From an uncultured Gemmatimonadaceae bacterium (GTDB lineage: Bacteria; Gemmatimonadota; Gemmatimonadetes; Gemmatimonadales; Gemmatimonadaceae), in NCBI GenBank assembly GCA_963790305.1, contig CAWBOC010000009.1:64001-128000 (forward strand): a stretch of DNA of 64,000 bases, written 5' to 3'. Made by a program: the position numbers and the translations under genes. The notes beneath the pieces were generated by a model. The model was not told where the DNA came from, did not search any database, and saw nothing but the letters and a program-made list of their open reading frames with translations. Shown in pieces: positions 59,333-64,000 of this stretch; the stretch's first letter is position 1; each line of letters opens with the position of its first letter.

Positions 59333-60590
59333 AGAGTGTGAACGCGCGACTATCGGTCATGATGTTCCTGCAGTTCTTCATCTGGGGCGCCTGGTACACG
59401 ACGATCGCCGTGTACATGACGAGCGAGGGGATGGGAACCCTCACCCATTGGCCGTACACCGTGAACCCGATCGCGGCGATCGCGGCGCCCTTCTTCGTCG
59501 GCCTGGTGGCGGACAGGTTCTTCGCGACCGAGCGCGTCTTCGGCATCCTGCACCTGCTGGGCGGAGTGGTGTTGCTCGCCGCGCCGCAAACCGTTGGCAA
59601 CTCGACGCTTTTCATCGTCATGCTGCTGCTCTACAACCTCTGCTACATGCCGACGATCGCGCTGTCGAATTCCCTGGCGTTTCACAATATCGCCGACCAG
59701 GAAAAGCAGTTTCCGCGAATCCGGGTATGGGGAACGATCGGCTGGATCATCGCCGGATTGTTCATCAGCTTTGGGCTCGCGAAGTTCGTGAGCGGCATCA
59801 AGCCGGAGGAGACGGCCCTGCCGCTCTACACGGCCGGGGTGGCGAGCCTGCTGCTGGCGGCCTTCAGCTTCACGCTTCCGCATACTCCGCCGCCGGCTCG
59901 TGGACAGGCAGTGAGTGCGCGGAGCGTCATTGGACTGGACGCGTTCCAGCAGCTGGGGAGTCGCCCCTTCTACGTCTTCATCATCAGCGCGCTGCTGTTG
60001 TGCATCCCGCTCGCCGCGTACTACAACTTCACGCAGCTCTACCTCGCGACGGCGCGCGTCGAGAACATCGCGGCGACGCAAACGCTGGGGCAGGTGTCGG
60101 AGACGGTCTTCATGTTCCTGATGCCGTTCTTCTTCGTCCGCCTGGGCGTGAAGAAGATGTTGCTGGCCGGCATGGCCTCGTGGGTACTCCGCTACGTCCT
60201 GTTCTCCCTCGGAGCACCCAATGCGGTCTACTGGATGATCGTCGGCGGCATCCTCCTGCACGGGCTCTGCTACGACTTCTTCTTCGTCACCGGCATGATC
60301 TACGTCGACAAGAAATCGACGTCGGCGATTCGCGGGCAGGCACAGGGCTTCTTCGTCTTCGTCACCTACGGCGTTGGGCATGTTGATCGGGGCGCAGGTG
60401 GCGGGGAACGTGTACAACCGCTTCCTCGCCGGGGCACCTGGCGCTGACGCTCGACCAGTGGAAGAGCTTCTGGCTCCTCCCGGCAGGATTCGCGGCAGCG
60501 GTGCTGGTCTTCTTTGCGCTGGCGTTCCACGACCGTGAGGTAGAAGCGAGGCGTCGTGCAGGACTGGCGGCGACGTCGGCTGGTCCGTAA
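59329..60590 (+). CDS. MFS nucleoside/sugar:H+ symporter (NupG/YegT-like; indels near 60380-60440)
   Basis: MMFLQFFIWGAW, ADRFF, RVWGTIGW, LPHTPP, LHGLCYDFFFV. Confidence 0.9.
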
Positions 60591-60595
60591 GTCGG

Positions 60596-60710
60596 GAACG
60601 GCAAAGAGAACAGCAATACAGAATACGGAAACGACCACGGGGAGCCATGACTGGCTCCCCGTCGGTTTTGTCTGAATTCTGAATTCTGCAGGCTGTCATC
60701 TTTGCCGTTC
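60596..60710. repeat. Heptamer-armed hairpin between convergent genes
   Basis: GAACGGCAAAGA ... CAGAATA CGGAAAC ... ACGGGGAGCCA-tgac-TGGCTCCCCGT ... TCTGAAT TCTGAAT TCTGCAG ... TCTTTGCCGTTC. Confidence 0.88.
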
Positions 60711-60713
60711 GCG

Positions 60714-61955
60714 TTACCCCTTCCATTCTCCTTTCGCGACCTTGGGCACGAACTTGTCGATATCCTTCGGCGGAAACTCCAGAGTCTTTCCGGCCTCCGC
60801 GCTCGCGTACGCCGTCATCAAGACTTTCACCACCTCGAGCCCGTCCTCGAACGTTAGGCGCGCCTTCTCTTTCCCGAGAAAGACGCGCACGAAGTGCCGG
60901 TCCTCGGCCTCGTAGCCATAGGCCGCTGCCTCGCTCGCCACCACCGGCATCAAGCCCATCTCCGCGTTCTGCTTCTCCACGAGGTCCTCACCCTCCTTCC
61001 CGCGCACCTCCCGGCTGAAGAAGAGCTTGAGTCCCGCATCGAGCGAGTTCCACTGCATCGAATACTCGGGGCCGAGCAGCTCCGCCGAGAGCCGAAGCCC
61101 CGCACCGACGAAGCTCCACGATGTCGTCGCTTCACCAAGCACGGTCAGCCCGTCGTCCGTCTCGAATTCAATGTGCACGGCGGCGAAATCTTCCGACGGC
61201 GCTGATGTGTAGTCGACCTCCTTCCCCATCCGCGTTTTCAGGAGCTTCGCGTACTCTGGGCGACTCCACTTCAGGCTCGCAATGTGGCCGGTCACCCGCA
61301 CCGGCTTGACCGAGTTGCGCGGTGCCCCCGGCTTCGTGAGGAGATGCCGGACGACGAGCGCGGAGTGGCACATCATGTCGTTGAGCACACCGCCACCTTG
61401 CAGCGTGCCGCGCCAGAACCAGGGGGCATGCGGCCCACTGTGCTCCTCGGCGGCACGCGCGAGGTACGGACGTCCCGTCGTCGCGGCGCCGCGCGCCCAG
61501 ATCAGCTGATGACCGGTCTCGACCTGCGGAGCGAAGAACTGGTTCTCGAGGTAGCCCGTGGGCACGCCGATGCGCTTGACCAGCTCCATGACCTTCTTCG
61601 CCTCGGCGACGTTCCGCGCCAGCGGCTTCTCGCACGCGATCCCCTTGAGCTTCCCTTTCCCTTTCTCGACCGCGGTGACGATCTCCTCGACGTTCTCGAG
61701 TCGCGCGTGGTTCGGCCCCGACAGCCAGATCGCGTCGATGGCGGGATCCACGACCATATCGGTGATGGTCTTGTAGGGCTTCGCGTCGCCGATGTCGAGC
61801 TCGCGCGCGAGCTTCGCGGCACCAGCGGCGTTCTTCGCGTTCGGGCTCCAGATGCCGCGAACATCCCCGTCGCGCACGGTGGTCCACCCGCGCAGGTGAA
61901 ACTTGGTGTTGAAGCCGCTGCCGACGAACCCGACACCGAGACGCTCCCCACTCAT
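60714..61955 (-). CDS. Gfo/Idh/MocA family oxidoreductase
   Basis: VGFVGSG, ACEKPLA, GGGVLNDMMCH. Confidence 0.9.
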   Translation of the reverse strand: MSGERLGVGFVGSGFNTKFHLRGWTTVRDGDVRGIWSPNAKNAAGAAKLARELDIGDAKPYKTITDMVVDPAIDAIWLSGPNHARLENVEEIVTAVEKGKGKLKGIACEKPLARNVAEAKKVMELVKRIGVPTGYLENQFFAPQVETGHQLIWARGAATTGRPYLARAAEEHSGPHAPWFWRGTLQGGGVLNDMMCHSALVVRHLLTKPGAPRNSVKPVRVTGHIASLKWSRPEYAKLLKTRMGKEVDYTSAPSEDFAAVHIEFETDDGLTVLGEATTSWSFVGAGLRLSAELLGPEYSMQWNSLDAGLKLFFSREVRGKEGEDLVEKQNAEMGLMPVVASEAAAYGYEAEDRHFVRVFLGKEKARLTFEDGLEVVKVLMTAYASAEAGKTLEFPPKDIDKFVPKVAKGEWKG

Positions 61956-62659
61956 TGTGTATCCGCCTTGTTCATAAGGTCGTAGCTCACGCCAAGCTTG
62001 CGAAGCGCTGGCTCCGGGCACCCTGCCCACGCCGGCAAGCCAGCATTCCCCTGATACTGGAGATCCTTGACCCCGATGGCGCTCGAGAAGAACCCGGCCG
62101 CCACCATGTCGCGGAAGCGCATGAAGAACGCGGATCCGGGGAGAAACTCGGGTCGCACCCGATCCGGGTACGCAATGTCATCGAGGATCTGGTGGCGCTG
62201 GGCCGCGGTCGCCGCGGCGTACGCGACGCCAAACCGACGCCGGCTCTCCGTGTCCATCCACCGCAGACCACCCCGCCACTGGATGCGGATCTCGACCGAG
62301 GTCTCGGGACTGGCGAGGTTGTGATTGAGAAACGCTACCACACCGGCCTCGGTAGCACTGCCGGAGCGCGCATCGCGTGGGATGACGTCATCGGCCAGCA
62401 CGCGCACGGTGCGAGTCTCGCGCGCGGTAAAAAACGTATTCTGTCTCGGGGCCCGCGGCGGGCGCTTGGTGTCCGTCGCCGGCTGGTTAGGCGCTTCGTG
62501 CGTCTGACGCGGAGCCTGCTGCCCTTGCTGTTGCTGTTGCCACACGAGGGCCCCCGCGAGCGGGACCGCCCCGAGCACCTTCAGCGCCGCTCGCCTGCTC
62601 AGCTCTGGCGGCTGCGGGTTCGGCGCCTCCTCACCATCGCGCTCAGTCTCGTCGGTCAT
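61952..62659 (-). CDS. Gluconate-2-dehydrogenase subunit 3 family (LacC-like) protein with Tat signal
   Basis: SRRAALK twin-arginine motif; LADDVIP..SGSATEAGV, GFFSS..GVKDLQYQGN. Confidence 0.85.
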   Translation of the reverse strand: MTDETERDGEEAPNPQPPELSRRAALKVLGAVPLAGALVWQQQQQGQQAPRQTHEAPNQPATDTKRPPRAPRQNTFFTARETRTVRVLADDVIPRDARSGSATEAGVVAFLNHNLASPETSVEIRIQWRGGLRWMDTESRRRFGVAYAAATAAQRHQILDDIAYPDRVRPEFLPGSAFFMRFRDMVAAGFFSSAIGVKDLQYQGNAGLPAWAGCPEPALRKLGVSYDLMNKADTQ

Positions 62660-64000
62660 AGCGCCCCCTGCTTGCGCTGCTCGGTGATGTAGTCGCTGGT
62701 GCGCCAGGCCAGCGCCAGGATCGTCCAGGTGGGATTCTTGTCGCACTGGGAGACGAACGGCCCGCCGTCCGTCACGAAGAGATTCTTGCAATCGTGTGCC
62801 TGCGACCACGCGTTGAGCGCGGACGCCTTCGGATCCGACCCCATGCGCACGCACCCCAGCTCGTGGATGATGCGGCCGCCGGCAGCAATTCCGTAGCCTC
62901 GCTCGCGCGTCGGCATCGGCGAGAAGACCTGTCCGCCCATCTCGGCGATCAGCGCGCGGAAGGTCTCCTGCATGTGCTTCACCTGGTTGTACTCGTGGTC
63001 GGTCCACTTCCAGTGGAAGCGGAGCACGGGGATGCCCCACTGGTCCACGACCCTCGGATCGATGTCGCAGTAGCAGTCATCGTTCGGGATCTGCTCACCG
63101 CGCCCGGAGAATCCGATCGTCGCTCCATAGAAGCGGCGGTAGTCATCCTTGAGCTTCTTGCCGTATCCACCTGCGCCCGGATAGCGCTGGATCCCGCCCA
63201 TGAATCCATAGGAAGGCTGGGAGAGCCCGCCCCACACCTCAATGTGATAGCCGCGGGGGAAGTCGAGCTTCTTGTTGTCGAGCCACCACGGCATGTACAC
63301 GTGCCCGCCGCCGACACCGTCCTCGTTATGCGGCACGTGGTCCACCATCGCCGGGATGAACCCCGCGACGTCGGTGCCGGTCGTATCGGTGAGGTACTTG
63401 CCGACGACGCCGCTGGAGTTCGCGAGCCCCTGCGGGAAGCTGGAGGACCGCGAGTTCAACAGCAGGCGCGCACTCTCGCAGGCGCTCGCCGCGAGCACCA
63501 CAATGCTCGCGCGCACGTGACGATCCTCACCGGTGGCCTTGTCGATATACGACACGCCCGTCGCCAACCCGTTGGCGCCGACGGTGACCTCGCGCGCCAT
63601 GGCGTTCGTCAGCAGTCGCAGGCGTCCGGTCGCGAGCGCGGGACGCAGCAGTACCTCAGGACTCGAGAAGTTCGCGTTGACCGAGCAGCCGCGGTTGCAC
63701 TGCCCGCAGTAGTGGCACGCCGGTCTGCCGCGGTGCGGCTTGGTGATGACCGACAGACGCGCGGGAATGCAGGTGACGCCGAGCTTGTCGCTCGCCTTCT
63801 TCACCAGCAGCTCGTAGCACCGCGGCTTCGGCGCCGGGTGGAAGTTTCCGTCGGGATGATTGCGCAGCCCTTCGACGCTCCCGAAGATGCCGACAAGGTC
63901 ATCCACCCGATCGTAGTACGGCTTGACGTCGTCGTAGCCGATCGGCCAATCGTCCCCGAGCCCGTCGTTGGTTTTTCCCCTGAAGTCGTCGGGGCCGAAG
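62656..64000 (-). CDS. GMC family flavoprotein dehydrogenase (LacA-like); 5' end outside the window
   Basis: CHYCGQCNRGC Fe-S motif, ESARLLLNS, IIHELG..RMG, KNPTWTILAL. Confidence 0.92.
   Translation of the reverse strand, partial: FGPDDFRGKTNDGLGDDWPIGYDDVKPYYDRVDDLVGIFGSVEGLRNHPDGNFHPAPKPRCYELLVKKASDKLGVTCIPARLSVITKPHRGRPACHYCGQCNRGCSVNANFSSPEVLLRPALATGRLRLLTNAMAREVTVGANGLATGVSYIDKATGEDRHVRASIVVLAASACESARLLLNSRSSSFPQGLANSSGVVGKYLTDTTGTDVAGFIPAMVDHVPHNEDGVGGGHVYMPWWLDNKKLDFPRGYHIEVWGGLSQPSYGFMGGIQRYPGAGGYGKKLKDDYRRFYGATIGFSGRGEQIPNDDCYCDIDPRVVDQWGIPVLRFHWKWTDHEYNQVKHMQETFRALIAEMGGQVFSPMPTRERGYGIAAGGRIIHELGCVRMGSDPKASALNAWSQAHDCKNLFVTDGGPFVSQCDKNPTWTILALAWRTSDYITEQRKQGAL

Overview
High-GC bacterial chromosome segment. 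Gene content and order suggest Gemmatimonadota (inference, no search run). Most of it is housekeeping: a tilS-hpt-ftsH-folP-cdaA-DUF2723-yggS-divIVA-punA-ileS operon, eno-ftsB with two CAT tRNAs, thiL/plsC/nnr, glyA/rpiB, an acyl-CoA and amino-acid catabolic operon, ptrB, thrS, and valS-selA-gmhB-purN-purH. A signalling/accessory block lies at about 11-26 kb, and a probable 3-ketoglycoside sugar-use cluster at the right end. About 20 genes, including essential ones, carry single-base frameshifts that are most likely long-read indel errors. The most striking unexplained structure is a dispersed family of hairpins whose arms are degenerate tandem 7-, 9- or 10-mers (9 full elements plus fragments). 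Eight sit within about 10 bp of a stop codon. One 63-bp copy is inserted in frame inside ileS and is translated. Also notable: an IleRS2 with a GIHH signature, a TetR operator duplicated inside the coding sequence of its target gene, and a tandem pseudo-M42 plus active-M42 peptidase. No CRISPR array, integrase, transposase or rRNA was seen.
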